64,000 nucleotides of DNA. Origin: an uncultured Alphaproteobacteria bacterium (lineage in GTDB: Bacteria > Pseudomonadota > Alphaproteobacteria > Rs-D84). A program made the position numbers and the translations under genes. Under the pieces are notes generated by a model. The model was not told where the DNA came from, searched no databases, and saw only the letters and a program-made list of their open reading frames with translations. Of this stretch, positions 38,750 to 48,733 are shown one piece after another. The stretch covers positions 41,212 through 105,211 of the forward strand of contig CAKQSE010000001.1 in the NCBI GenBank assembly GCA_934272785.1, in the 5' to 3' direction. Position 1 is the stretch's first letter; the number at the start of each line of letters is the position of its first letter.

Positions 38750-40317
38750 TGGTAAAATATTTGGATAATAATTCGGGCTTTGCCCAGTGGAATGCGAATA
38801 AAAACGCCACGACCAAGAAATCAATGTTTGGATCGTTCTTGTGGTGGTGCGTGCTGTTTTTTGCGGCGTGGTGGGCAATTGGCGCAATCATGTCACCAAA
38901 GCAGCAGGCCCCCGTTGCCACCGAACCAGAACCTGTGTTGGATTTGTCGGCGGTCCCGGCGCACACCACGGCGTCTGATAAAATCACGGCAACGGTGCGC
39001 GGCCTGCGCGTATCAAACGTCACATTGGCTGATTTCGCGGACCAGGGCGATGCGTCTGACGCGGCGCGCGTAACATTATTGAACGGCCCACACGATTTTG
39101 CCGAGGTTGGCGTCATCGCCACCGGAACATCGGCCCCAACACCGGAAACCGTTTGGAATAAAAACGGTGATGCGTTCACATGGCGTAATTCTGATGGTGT
39201 TGAATATCGCCGCACGGTGACGGTCGATGGATACATTGTCACAATCAACGATGAAATCAAGAACAAGTCCGCGCACGATATCACGGTTACACCATATGCG
39301 CGCGTTGTGCGTGACGCCGGTCAGAAATCGTCCAGTGGCGTTTATACCGGTATGGTTGCGTATGTAAATTCTGATGTAGAACACAACGATTGGTATAAAC
39401 TGGACAAGAAATCATACGCGTATTCAACGACAAATGGTTTTGCGGGCTTTGCCGACCAGTATTGGGAAACGATTGTTCAACTGGACAGCCCGGATCAAAC
39501 CATACGTGGCAAAAAGGCGTTTGGCACCACATATCAAACAGACGTTGCCGCGGCGGCGGTTCCTGTGCCGGCGGGTGGCGACAAAACAATTACAACGCGC
39601 ATATTTGCCGGCCCACGTGACCAGAACGTTTTGTCGGGTGCATCTGGCGTAATTGCGGGAATTGATGAAACCGTGGATTATGGTTGGTTCTGGTTCTTGG
39701 CACGACCAATGCTGTGGGCGTTAAACGGGCTGTATGCGATTGTTGGCAATTACGGGATTGCGATTATCCTGTTCACATTGCTGTTGCGTTTGGCGATATG
39801 GCCACTGACGCGCAAGTCATACACATCAATGATTACCATGCAAAAGATGCAGCCGGAAATGGCGCGTATCCAGAAACTGTATGCGAACGATAAAATGCGT
39901 CTGCAAATGGAAATGGTGCGCCTGTATCAGACACACAAGACATCACCGATGTCGGGCTGTCTGCCGATGTTGATCCAGATTCCGATATTCTTTGCGTTAT
40001 ACAAGGCGTTACTGGTATCCGTTCCAATGCGCAGTGCGGGATTCCTGTGGATATCTGATTTGGCGGCGATGGATCCATACTTTATATTGCCGATATTGAT
40101 GGGGGCGACGATGTGGTGGCAATCGCGTCTGCAAACCGTTGCCCGGACCGCATCTGGCAATGACGCCGTTGCCCAGACCCAGCGCGTTATGAAATGGATG
40201 CCGGTGATATTCACGTTCTTGTTTGCATGGATGCCGGCGGGATTGGTGCTGTATTGGACGGTATCGAACCTGTTTGGTATTGCCCAGATGCAGATAATTA
40301 AACGCACATCAAAATAA
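38749..40317 (+). CDS. yidC: membrane protein insertase YidC
   Basis: Periplasmic P1 domain plus a 5-TM core, with the conserved C-terminus …LVLYWTVSNLFGIAQMQIIKR. Confidence 0.9.
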   Translation: MVKYLDNNSGFAQWNANKNATTKKSMFGSFLWWCVLFFAAWWAIGAIMSPKQQAPVATEPEPVLDLSAVPAHTTASDKITATVRGLRVSNVTLADFADQGDASDAARVTLLNGPHDFAEVGVIATGTSAPTPETVWNKNGDAFTWRNSDGVEYRRTVTVDGYIVTINDEIKNKSAHDITVTPYARVVRDAGQKSSSGVYTGMVAYVNSDVEHNDWYKLDKKSYAYSTTNGFAGFADQYWETIVQLDSPDQTIRGKKAFGTTYQTDVAAAAVPVPAGGDKTITTRIFAGPRDQNVLSGASGVIAGIDETVDYGWFWFLARPMLWALNGLYAIVGNYGIAIILFTLLLRLAIWPLTRKSYTSMITMQKMQPEMARIQKLYANDKMRLQMEMVRLYQTHKTSPMSGCLPMLIQIPIFFALYKALLVSVPMRSAGFLWISDLAAMDPYFILPILMGATMWWQSRLQTVARTASGNDAVAQTQRVMKWMPVIFTFLFAWMPAGLVLYWTVSNLFGIAQMQIIKRTSK

Positions 40318-40345
40318 AAACGCCCCATCGGGGCGTTTTTGTAAA
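40318..40345 (+). terminator. rho-independent terminator after yidC
   Basis: aaaacgccccatcggggcgtttttg. The same hairpin sequence recurs after plsX at 60137. Confidence 0.6.
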
Positions 40346-40375
40346 ATTATTAGATAATACAGATTGGGGGACGCT

Positions 40376-40750
40376 ATGAATGCAGAGTTAGAATCCGAAA
40401 TCATCAAGGTAATTAAATCCTGTGATGTTAAATACAATGAATTGCGGGGCAATTACATATATACCGTTCATGATGCAACGGGTATGAAAATAATAGAGGT
40501 ATGCGGTGGTCCCGGATTTGATCTGCAAACGGTCCGGGTAAATGGCCAGATTGTCGGCAGTTATCGTTTCACCGTGGCCGCGTGTGTCCCGCCCGCGATT
40601 TTGCAAGAATCCCGCAGTGTCCACAACATTACCATGGCGTGCCAGACCAGATATCGTGAACTGGAAACAATGAAAAAGAATAAGGAATCAACAGAAAACG
40701 CAGACCAAATTGCGCTGGCGTTCTTGCGTTCACGGGTCAAGACAAAATAG
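40376..40750 (+). CDS. hypothetical protein
   Basis: Track ORF with protein-like composition (MNAELESEIIKVIKSCDVKYNELRGNYIYTVHDATGMKIIEV…). I recognise no family. Confidence 0.4.
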   Translation: MNAELESEIIKVIKSCDVKYNELRGNYIYTVHDATGMKIIEVCGGPGFDLQTVRVNGQIVGSYRFTVAACVPPAILQESRSVHNITMACQTRYRELETMKKNKESTENADQIALAFLRSRVKTK

Positions 40751-41102
40751 TGTCACAGCAACGGGCCAGGTATTTAAACAGTGCGTCCGGCGTTTGAATT
40801 CGTTTGTGGCGCAGGCCGATAACGCGCTTTGTAAAATCAACACATGTTATGCCACCGCGCGCGCCCACATCGGGGGTGATATTTGGCGCGCAAATAAATT
40901 CCCATCCATGCGCGCGCAGTATGTTTATATCGCGCGCATTTAATGTAACCCGCGCAATATTGCGACGGGTTACGAATTGATACATAACAAACGGTTTCTG
41001 TGCGCCGGGGCGGACAATTATGGGGGCGCAGTGCCGAAAGTGACGACATAATATTCGTGGCAAAATTTTTGACGTTTTCACAGAAAATGCAATTATAACC
41101 AT
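40737..41102 (-). CDS. hypothetical protein
   Basis: Track ORF with an RBS-like aaaaaggat upstream, co-directional with the upstream small gene. Weak. Confidence 0.3.
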   Translation of the reverse strand: MVIIAFSVKTSKILPRILCRHFRHCAPIIVRPGAQKPFVMYQFVTRRNIARVTLNARDINILRAHGWEFICAPNITPDVGARGGITCVDFTKRVIGLRHKRIQTPDALFKYLARCCDTILS

Positions 41103-41117
41103 TGTGACAATCCTTTT

Positions 41118-41471
41118 TTATTCCTGGGAAATCCAACCGCGTGCGATTGCGGCATCACCGATTGTCTGCATTGCACGCCGCCATAAATCTGCCGCCCGAT
41201 TTTCGGCCCAGATATATTGATGTGGTGCGCGTCGGCGGTCCCCGAATTCCTTCATCACGCGTAATTGTTCATCAGATAATTTCCCACACAGATATAATTT
41301 TGTTACCAGCGTTTCCACATCGACCAATTCGGCAACGCGGCGTGTGGCACAGTCGCGTGGTCGCATAAATGCATTGCGAACAGATTTAGAATACAGAAAC
41401 CAAAACCACATTTGTTCTGCACTGTGAAATTTTTCTGGTGCGTATTCTGGTTGAATGTGTTGTGCTGTCAT
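41118..41471 (-). CDS. hypothetical protein
   Basis: A strong RBS aggagg precedes the ATG and the composition is protein-like. I recognise no family. Confidence 0.5.
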   Translation of the reverse strand: MTAQHIQPEYAPEKFHSAEQMWFWFLYSKSVRNAFMRPRDCATRRVAELVDVETLVTKLYLCGKLSDEQLRVMKEFGDRRRAPHQYIWAENRAADLWRRAMQTIGDAAIARGWISQE

Positions 41472-41749
41472 TTTTTTCTCCTCCTGTTGTATTTAATTTA
41501 TGTGGCACAGGAATAAATTCCTGTGCCATGATATATAGACCAACAATTGACGTATGTAAAATATTACAACCGTTGGTTGAAATCAGAATCGGAAAACCGA
41601 TTCATTACGCGATTTTTAATTTATATAAACGAATCGCGAAATAAATAAAAAACGCGCCACGGCGCGTTTGGTATTTGTGGGTGATGGTATGGTGATGTGT
41701 AACGGACTCCTTTGGTATAAAAATAAACCCGCCATGTGGCGGGTGTGGA

Positions 41750-44152
41750 TTACAATATCGGCGGGAAACAGTCGCCCCCGGTATCAGGACAACAATTGAA
41801 TCCCTGGTCGCCCATATCAGTGAACGTTTCCCCGGTGCAGCATCCGTTTGCGTCGGGCGTTGTGCCATCTTCGCACGTGATAACGGATTGCACGGTGTCT
41901 TCTTCGACCTTGGCCGTTTGGAACGGATTTTGAATCGAGCCATCATCGTTGTATTTCAGTCCCAAAACATTTTCATTGTATGTTTTGCTGCCGACACCAC
42001 CTGTGCTGGCGATACTGTTAGAATTACTCGCGTCTTGCTGATTTTCATATACCGCCGCCTGGCGTGCATTATTGATAGCCTGATAGTTTTTAGATTTGCA
42101 ATACGCCAACACCGTGCGATAGTCATACCCAGAGCTGTATATTTGTTCAGTCATACTGCCATTGATATCATATATGCCTTTGTCGTCTGCTTTGCAATAT
42201 TGGTCAAAATTAAATGAGCGAACCTGGCCAACCCATGAGTCATCATCGGCTTTGCGACCACGCGTAAAGCTTTCCCAGTTGGCGCGCACGTTGCGATTGA
42301 TATCTGCTTTTTGAGAGGCCGCAGTCACTTTAGCTACAGAACAATTTTTCGTCGTATCTTTACCGCATGTGATGACCAAATCAGTTGGTGAAAATACCGT
42401 TATACGCGTGCCGGCCGCAATTGAAAATGGGGGAACGGTATTGTCCAGCATATCCACAATAAACTTTTGGGCAACCTGGTTCCATGCGGTGATAATTTCA
42501 TTTTTCGCCAATTCAGACGAACGCACAGTGCCCGATTGCACAACCGTATTGTTATCCAGGTCAATTTGATTCACAAATTTATCGGTAATCGGCGCAATCA
42601 TATTCACCGCCGCCGGCACCACCGCGGTCAGTAATGGCAACACCATTTGTTCGATATAATCCGTGCTGCCATATCCGGGAACGCCCGCGCGACCCTGGGA
42701 ATCGCCAGAAAATGGGGTCGATTCTTGACTGGCAAAATTAAATTCAACGCCACTGGGTAAAATAAATTGATACCAACGAATATCCATACGACCAACGGTT
42801 TTATATGGCCCGGGAATATCACCCGTGACATACCCCAGTAACAACGTTCCTGCCGGAATTACAACCGTGCGACCATTATCAGAATACACATTGCGATCAA
42901 CCGTTGCACGCACCGGCAATGTTTTTGCGCCTTCTGTATACAATGATGGATCGGCGCGAACCTCGGACACAATGGTGGCCGGAATTGGCTTGTATTGCCG
43001 CAATACAAATGTGCGGTCAAACGGGTCAGATGAAAATATCGCCTGACCACTGGTCCCAATGATAACGTCGTCTGAATTATCCTTCATCGTGATGCCACTG
43101 CGAAAACGGGTGACGTCTTCGGTGCCGGAATCCGCCCCAGACATTTTTTCAATTTCATCGGTCGTCAATTGATATGCGCGATTTTTAACGCGCGATACCG
43201 GATTGGATAATTGTGGCAACGCGCCATCCGAATTGATTGCGGTGTATCCGATATGTTCGGCGTCGGTCCCAATCTTTTTACCAGTGTTGTTTATATCGGT
43301 GATGATACCACTGTCGGGATTATAGACGCCCGTTGGATTGTTGCATTTTTTATCTGAAAACGGGTGAAAGTAATACGCGCCGCGTTCTGGACGAATCCAT
43401 CCGATTTGCGTGCCGTTTGAATTGTACCCCGGAAATGCAAATTCAGAACACGCAACAGCCGGCGTGTCATTGACCACCGTTTCCGCTGGCGCATTATCAC
43501 GTGCGTCGGCAAATGGATCGGCGGGGGCCAATGTCTCAACCTGGGTTTTAATCTCTTCCTGGACCGGTTTAGGCTCTGGCATTGGTGCGGGGGCGACAAC
43601 CGGTTCTGGTTCCTTGACAGATACCGGCGCAACCGCTGATAATACCAAAGCAATCTTTTCAGAATTAGACATGTCTTTGGGTTGGCGCGCATCGTGCCAA
43701 TCAACAAACATTGCCAATGTTTTACTTTCCATTGCCGACGTTGGCGCGAATTCCAGTGTGATACTGCAAGCGGTAACTTGGTTTATTTCGGCCATTTTTT
43801 TGCAGGTGTCCTTGACGCTCAATCCCGCAACACTTTCGTGATAGCGAACATCTTCGATTTTTGCCGGGGCCGTTGCATTAAAACGCAATGTGATTTTTTT
43901 TGTTGTGCCAATCGTAACATCGGTCCATGTCAACGTGTTTTTATCCCAGTCATCGGTCGGATTCGCCGTGATAACCAATTGGATTGGATTGTCATCAGCG
44001 GTGCTCTGGACAGTGGATGATTTGCCACGCCCGCCCAACAACAAAATCAGCAATATCATCACGACAATAAATGCCGCCGCCAGCAACATCCACTGGATAT
44101 GCTTTGGTGTTGTCTTTCGAATATTCGTAATTTGCTGTTTGATACCGCTCAT
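41750..44152 (-). CDS. virB10: type IV secretion system VirB10/TrbI-like protein with ~210-aa Cys-rich C-terminal extension
   Basis: N-terminal TM helix (WMLLAAAFIVVMILLILLLGG), a Pro-rich linker (EPEPVVAPAPMPEPKPV), and a VirB10 beta-barrel signature (IPAGTLLLGYVTGDI…GRMDIRWYQFILPSGVEFNF…GRAGVPGYG…AAGTRITVFSPTDLVI). An extra tail with ~10 Cys follows (…GCCTGETFTDMGDQGFNCCPDTGGDCFPPIL). Confidence 0.75.
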   Translation of the reverse strand: MSGIKQQITNIRKTTPKHIQWMLLAAAFIVVMILLILLLGGRGKSSTVQSTADDNPIQLVITANPTDDWDKNTLTWTDVTIGTTKKITLRFNATAPAKIEDVRYHESVAGLSVKDTCKKMAEINQVTACSITLEFAPTSAMESKTLAMFVDWHDARQPKDMSNSEKIALVLSAVAPVSVKEPEPVVAPAPMPEPKPVQEEIKTQVETLAPADPFADARDNAPAETVVNDTPAVACSEFAFPGYNSNGTQIGWIRPERGAYYFHPFSDKKCNNPTGVYNPDSGIITDINNTGKKIGTDAEHIGYTAINSDGALPQLSNPVSRVKNRAYQLTTDEIEKMSGADSGTEDVTRFRSGITMKDNSDDVIIGTSGQAIFSSDPFDRTFVLRQYKPIPATIVSEVRADPSLYTEGAKTLPVRATVDRNVYSDNGRTVVIPAGTLLLGYVTGDIPGPYKTVGRMDIRWYQFILPSGVEFNFASQESTPFSGDSQGRAGVPGYGSTDYIEQMVLPLLTAVVPAAVNMIAPITDKFVNQIDLDNNTVVQSGTVRSSELAKNEIITAWNQVAQKFIVDMLDNTVPPFSIAAGTRITVFSPTDLVITCGKDTTKNCSVAKVTAASQKADINRNVRANWESFTRGRKADDDSWVGQVRSFNFDQYCKADDKGIYDINGSMTEQIYSSGYDYRTVLAYCKSKNYQAINNARQAAVYENQQDASNSNSIASTGGVGSKTYNENVLGLKYNDDGSIQNPFQTAKVEEDTVQSVITCEDGTTPDANGCCTGETFTDMGDQGFNCCPDTGGDCFPPIL

Positions 44153-44176
44153 ATTAAATCCCGCCTGGAATATCAG

Positions 44177-45730
44177 TTATTGAATACGCACAACGCTGCA
44201 ACTGGCCCCGCTGAATTTCAACAGTTGGTCGCACAGTTTCTGGGCCGTGTCAATGTCGGCCATTGGACCGATGCGCAAACGATACAGACGCGCCGCGCGT
44301 GATGTTGCACCCAATTCGCCAACACCCTGTTCGTCAACGGCAAAGAACACCTTGTCCTTGTACGGGGTCAGCAATCCAACACCATCATCGCCGCTGAATT
44401 TCGCCAGCAATCCCGTCCAATAATCGTCCAGTGCCTTGACCGATGTGTCCGATTTCAATTCAACGGCAACACCGTTCTGGTTGCTGGTAATCAGTGGAAT
44501 ATTCGTCTGGGGCAGGTAAGAGCCCGCCGTCACGCGTTCGGTCGGCATCATATTTACACCAGTGGTGCCCGACGACATAGCCGGCATTGTGGCGGTTGTC
44601 GCAACAGACGCCGGCATGTAATATCCCGTGCCCGCAATCGCGTTTGTGTTCGAAATGTATGTCGGCGTCCCGGTGTAATTTACACCCGCCGTATTGATTG
44701 CATTTTGATCCATTGAATACGCAATGTTATTCAGTGATTGTCCCGACATCATGGATTGTGCAACGTTCGCCTCGGCCAATGCCATGACCGACGCCGTGTC
44801 GGCAATCAAGAACGGCTTTTCGCGCTTTTTAATACACACAATGCGTTGCCCACTGCGCAGGACCATGTCGCCTACGGCCTCTACTATCAACAGGCGGCCA
44901 TCGTCACCATCGGTGCGGAATCCAACCGGGGATTCACCACCCTCGACCAACAATGAAACCACCGGACGCTGGGTCATGGCAATAACCTTGTCGCCAAAGT
45001 CAATGTATGTGAATATACGATCGCGCCATACGCGTTCTGGGGCGATAACATAATCGTCTGGGTTTGGAACAAAGATATCCAAATCAAAACGGAATTCCGA
45101 TGGATCAATCTTCATTGATTTAATCCAACCGTAATCTTCGCCATCGGCACCAACCGTGCTGGTGGTTTTGGCGGCCCTTTTAAATATAGATGATGCGCCA
45201 CTGGTCGCGTCGTTCGCACTTGTTGCACCTGGCAAAGTCGTATTGCCGTCCAGAACAACCTCTACCTGGGAATAGGTGATTTCGCTGGAATTAGATGGTT
45301 CACTGCGCAGATAGAAAATATATTTATTACCAGATTTGCCCGTCACAATCAGGTTTGTGTCCGAACCCTGGTTGCTGGCGGTGGGGCTGATAATCATTGT
45401 GCGATCGCCCTGGTTCGCCTCTATCGTGAACAGACCCTGGTTTCCGATAACCGCGTCGGCAATTTGTTCGCCATTCGGCAGGGACACCATCGTCACCATA
45501 CCGTTACGCAGTTTGATGGGCAATACACTGCCCGTGGTCCATGACAATTGGGCGTATCCGGGTTTTGTGCTGCCCGCGGCCATATTTGCGGTTGGGTTAT
45601 CCCATGCGTCCTGGACACCATAGTTCACCGCGATCGCCGGTGCAATCATGCACATCGACGCCAGGCAAAACACAGATATGTTTAACTTGATTGCTGTCTT
45701 AAAACTCATGCCCAATTCCTTACCTTTCAA
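44177..45730 (-). CDS. virB9: type IV secretion system VirB9/TrbG-like protein with ~150-aa C-terminal extension
   Basis: Signal peptide, an N-terminal VirB9 domain (LFTIEANQGDRTMIISP…NLIVTGKSGNKYIFYL) and a C-terminal VirB9 domain (…DRIFTYIDFGDKVIAMTQRPVVSLLVEGGESPVGFRTDGDDGRLLIVEAVGDMVLRSGQRIVCI), then an extra S/T/N-rich tail. Confidence 0.7.
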   Translation of the reverse strand: MKGKELGMSFKTAIKLNISVFCLASMCMIAPAIAVNYGVQDAWDNPTANMAAGSTKPGYAQLSWTTGSVLPIKLRNGMVTMVSLPNGEQIADAVIGNQGLFTIEANQGDRTMIISPTASNQGSDTNLIVTGKSGNKYIFYLRSEPSNSSEITYSQVEVVLDGNTTLPGATSANDATSGASSIFKRAAKTTSTVGADGEDYGWIKSMKIDPSEFRFDLDIFVPNPDDYVIAPERVWRDRIFTYIDFGDKVIAMTQRPVVSLLVEGGESPVGFRTDGDDGRLLIVEAVGDMVLRSGQRIVCIKKREKPFLIADTASVMALAEANVAQSMMSGQSLNNIAYSMDQNAINTAGVNYTGTPTYISNTNAIAGTGYYMPASVATTATMPAMSSGTTGVNMMPTERVTAGSYLPQTNIPLITSNQNGVAVELKSDTSVKALDDYWTGLLAKFSGDDGVGLLTPYKDKVFFAVDEQGVGELGATSRAARLYRLRIGPMADIDTAQKLCDQLLKFSGASCSVVRIQ

Positions 45731-45754
45731 TTCATGTCGTGCGATGGGGACATA

Positions 45755-46432
45755 TTACTGTCCGTCATCAAGATATCCCGTGTCCAGCGGGTCCCCGTTC
45801 CCAGATTCCACGCGGTATTCCGATACGCGCACACCCAGCGGGTTATCCAGACGTTCCGACCACTTTAATTTTGTGTCGTCGTCCATTTGTAATTTCAATA
45901 CGATTGTATAATCTTTTTTGGCGGTCTGTCCACCACTATCTTCACAAAAATACTTAAATTTTACCGCGAACGTATCCGCCGTGCGTGGTGTGACCGCACC
46001 GTTTTCGAATTCCACGCTGCAACTGAATTCAAAATCAGGCGCGCTGTTCATTATGGCGTTCCACATATTTGTCTGGGTAAATGCGTCATAAACCGCGTCC
46101 GTGGACCATGTGTGAACGATGCCCGTCGCGTCATTGTTCCATTTGCGCAACATTACGCGTCCATCAGGCACGATTTCATTACGCGCCTTGATATATTCGC
46201 GAATAAATGCGCGTTTATACCATTTGACATTTTCGTCGGTTGTCGGCAACTGGTGAACGACAACGTCCCGGTCGGCACGCAGTTCGGAATTCAAAAAGAA
46301 CACCTGGGGCCGGTTCAGCGGGAACATTTTATACAGTGTATATCCTAACACCCCCAGCACGACAATCGCGCCAGCCAGCACAAACGTCATCAGTCGTGAT
46401 AATAAAATTGGCGGTTCTATGCGGTCTTGCAA
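45755..46432 (-). CDS. virB8: type IV secretion system VirB8/TrbF-like protein
   Basis: Bitopic layout with an N-terminal TM helix and a periplasmic NTF2-like domain carrying a conserved NPLG motif (…RLDNPLGVRVSEYRV). TTG start with RBS gagagaggaag. It is directly upstream of virB9 and virB10. Confidence 0.65.
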   Translation of the reverse strand: MQDRIEPPILLSRLMTFVLAGAIVVLGVLGYTLYKMFPLNRPQVFFLNSELRADRDVVVHQLPTTDENVKWYKRAFIREYIKARNEIVPDGRVMLRKWNNDATGIVHTWSTDAVYDAFTQTNMWNAIMNSAPDFEFSCSVEFENGAVTPRTADTFAVKFKYFCEDSGGQTAKKDYTIVLKLQMDDDTKLKWSERLDNPLGVRVSEYRVESGNGDPLDTGYLDDGQ

Positions 46433-46539
46433 TGACTTCCTCTCTCTGTTTTTAACAAATCATAGACAAAAAGTGGCACTGCGTGCAAGTAAAAAGTGCG
46501 AAAAATCAAAAAAAATCAGACCGGTTTTTCAGATTTTGC

Positions 46540-46568
46540 TTGCGCGCGACGCGTTAAAATCATATAAT
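46540..46568 (+). promoter_or_regulatory. sigma70-like promoter (TTGCGC - 17 bp - TATAAT) upstream of tRNA-Trp/secE-nusG
   Basis: Hexamers and spacing read directly, ~100 bp upstream of tRNA-Trp. Confidence 0.4.
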
Positions 46569-46669
46569 ATGTGCGCTTTTTCTGCTTGCTTTTTCGTTTG
46601 TGTGTGCTATCCTGGCGCAGACTATCGGGATGGTTGCGTGATTGTGCAGGCATAAAAGCGACCAAAAAC

Positions 46670-46743
46670 AGGGGCATAGTTCAACGGTAGAATATCGGTC
46701 TCCAAAACCGCGGATAAGGGTTCGATTCCTTTTGCCCCTGCCA
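46670..46743 (+). tRNA. tRNA-Trp (anticodon CCA)
   Basis: AGGGGCATAGTTCAACGGTAGAATATCGGTCTCCAAAACCGCGGATAAGGGTTCGATTCCTTTTGCCCCTGCCA has anticodon loop CTCCAAA and sits in the canonical position before secE. Confidence 0.9.
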
Positions 46744-46777
46744 AGATTTCTGATGGTCGGACATAGTGGGCGAATTT

Positions 46778-46957
46778 ATGAAAAAAGTTATTGATTATAT
46801 TAAATCTGTGCGCAGTGAGTGGTTTAAAATCGTATGGCCATCACGCGACACTGTTGTTCGTGCAACTATTATGATTCTGGTATTTTCTGCGGCGGCGGCA
46901 TTGTTCTTCTTTGCGGTGGACAGTGTGCTGAACGCAATTGTTGGTTGGATTTTCTAA
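46778..46957 (+). CDS. secE: preprotein translocase subunit SecE
   Basis: MKKVIDYIKSVRSEWFKIVWPSRDTVVRATIMILVFSAAAALFFFAVD: a single TM helix in a conserved operon position. Confidence 0.85.
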   Translation: MKKVIDYIKSVRSEWFKIVWPSRDTVVRATIMILVFSAAAALFFFAVDSVLNAIVGWIF

Positions 46958-46982
46958 AACAAAACGGGCAAAGGATACGCAT

Positions 46983-47516
46983 ATGGAAGATAAAATGCAA
47001 TGGTTTGTTGTAAATGTTCATACCGGCTGTGAAGACAAGGTTGCCCGCGGCCTGCGCGAACAGATTGATAAACGCCGCTTGAATGCGTTGTTTGGTGAAA
47101 TTTTGGTCCCAACACGCGAAGTGACCGAAATCAAGGGTGGCAAACGTGTAAAATCTGAAAAGAAATTCTTTCCGGGTTATATCGTTGTCCAGATGGTTTT
47201 GAACAATGAAACGTTTTCATTGGTTAAATTGATGCCCCAGGTTGTTATGTTCTTGGGTGCGAAGAACAAGCCAATCGCCGTCAGCGAAGAAGAAGCGCGT
47301 CGCCTGCAAAAACAGGTGGAAGAGGGCGCGGTTTCTGTCGAAGATGTCGAGTACGAGATTGGGCAAGAAGTTCATGTTATCGATGGGCCGTTCAATGGTT
47401 TCAATGGTATCGTGGCCGAGGTTGATAATCTGAAACAAAAAATGACCGCGACGATTTTAGTATTTGGCCGTGAAACCAGTGTAGAACTGAGCTTTGCCGA
47501 GGTTGAACGCGTCTAA
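46983..47516 (+). CDS. nusG: transcription termination/antitermination factor NusG
   Basis: WFVVNVHTGCEDKV…FFPGYIVVQM NGN domain and a C-terminal KOW (GQEVHVIDGPFNGFNGIVAEVD). Confidence 0.9.
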   Translation: MEDKMQWFVVNVHTGCEDKVARGLREQIDKRRLNALFGEILVPTREVTEIKGGKRVKSEKKFFPGYIVVQMVLNNETFSLVKLMPQVVMFLGAKNKPIAVSEEEARRLQKQVEEGAVSVEDVEYEIGQEVHVIDGPFNGFNGIVAEVDNLKQKMTATILVFGRETSVELSFAEVERV

Positions 47517-47623
47517 ATAAAAAAAAGAGTTTTTGGATTTTTGCGAAATGGTTTCGCTAAAAATCCGGGCGGCAGATGCGCCACATCGAACCGCCACACA
47601 ACCAAAAGAAATGGAGTGAACAA

Positions 47624-48055
47624 ATGGCAAAGAAAGAACTGAAAGGGATTGTCAAACTGGTCGTCCCTGCAAAGCAAGCAAATCCTGCGCCACCAATTGG
47701 GCCAGTGTTGGGTGCCAACGGTGTGAACATCGCAGAATTCTGTAAACAATTTAACGACAAAACAGCTGACAAAGAACCGGGTATGCCGATTCCGTGTATT
47801 ATCACTGTTTATACTGACCGCAGCTTTGAATTTATTATGAAGTTGCCGCCGGTGTCGTATTACATTAAAAAGGCGTTGAAACTGAAATCTGGTTCCAAAA
47901 AGCCGGGTCGTGATTTCGTTGGAACGATTTCCAAAGACCAGGTAAAACAGATTGCAGAAAGCAAAATGCCGGACTTGAATTGCTCTACCATTGAATCCGC
48001 AATGAACATCGTCGCGGGTCAGTGCCGTTCTATGGGCGTAAAGGTGGAGGAATAA
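47624..48055 (+). CDS. rplK: 50S ribosomal protein L11
   Basis: [44 protein letters not shown]. Confidence 0.95.
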   Translation: MAKKELKGIVKLVVPAKQANPAPPIGPVLGANGVNIAEFCKQFNDKTADKEPGMPIPCIITVYTDRSFEFIMKLPPVSYYIKKALKLKSGSKKPGRDFVGTISKDQVKQIAESKMPDLNCSTIESAMNIVAGQCRSMGVKVEE

Positions 48056-48058
48056 GAT

Positions 48059-48733
48059 ATGAAACTGACAAAAAGACAAAAAACATGGGCAAACCTGGAC
48101 ACAGACAAAGTGTATTCTTTGACTGATGCGATCGAGGCCCTGCGCGGTTACACATCGAAAAAGTTCGACGAAAGCTTGGAAATCGCAATCAGATTGGGTA
48201 TTGATGTTACCAAGGCTGACCAGAATATTCGTGGTATGTTGTCCTTGCCAAACGGCACAGGTAAAACAGTCCGCGTCGCAGTATTTACTGTCAACAGTGC
48301 TGACGATGCTAAAAAGGCGGGCGCAGATGTTGTTGGTGGCGAAGAACTGATTGAAAAGGTTGCCGGTGGCGAAATCAATTTCGACCGCGTTATTGCAACA
48401 CCAGATATGATGCCGAAAATGTCAAAAATCGCACGTATCTTGGGGCCAAAGGGCTTGATGCCGAATCCGAAATTGGGCACGGTTACAAACAACGTTGCCG
48501 AAGCGGTCAAGGTTGCCAAGGCTGGCCAGATTGAATATCGTGCGGAAAAGAAAGGTATCATTCACGCCGGTATTGGTAAAATGTCATTCACAACTGAACA
48601 ATTGGTTGAAAATGCGACTGCATTGGTTGACCAGTTGAAAAAGGTGAAACCTGCATCGTCCAAGGGTCAGTATATCTTGGGTGCGTCTGTTGCGACAACC
48701 CAGGGACCAGGCTTGAAAGTTGATGTAAGATAA
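48059..48733 (+). CDS. rplA: 50S ribosomal protein L1
   Basis: Conserved L1 sequence (…MLSLPNGTGKTVRVAVF…PDMMPKMSKIARILGPKGLMPNPKLGTVT…). Confidence 0.95.
   Translation: MKLTKRQKTWANLDTDKVYSLTDAIEALRGYTSKKFDESLEIAIRLGIDVTKADQNIRGMLSLPNGTGKTVRVAVFTVNSADDAKKAGADVVGGEELIEKVAGGEINFDRVIATPDMMPKMSKIARILGPKGLMPNPKLGTVTNNVAEAVKVAKAGQIEYRAEKKGIIHAGIGKMSFTTEQLVENATALVDQLKKVKPASSKGQYILGASVATTQGPGLKVDVR

Noticed and set aside
47513-48079. 188-aa minus-strand ORF opposite rplK
   Set aside because: Antisense to ribosomal protein L11 gene. A shadow ORF.
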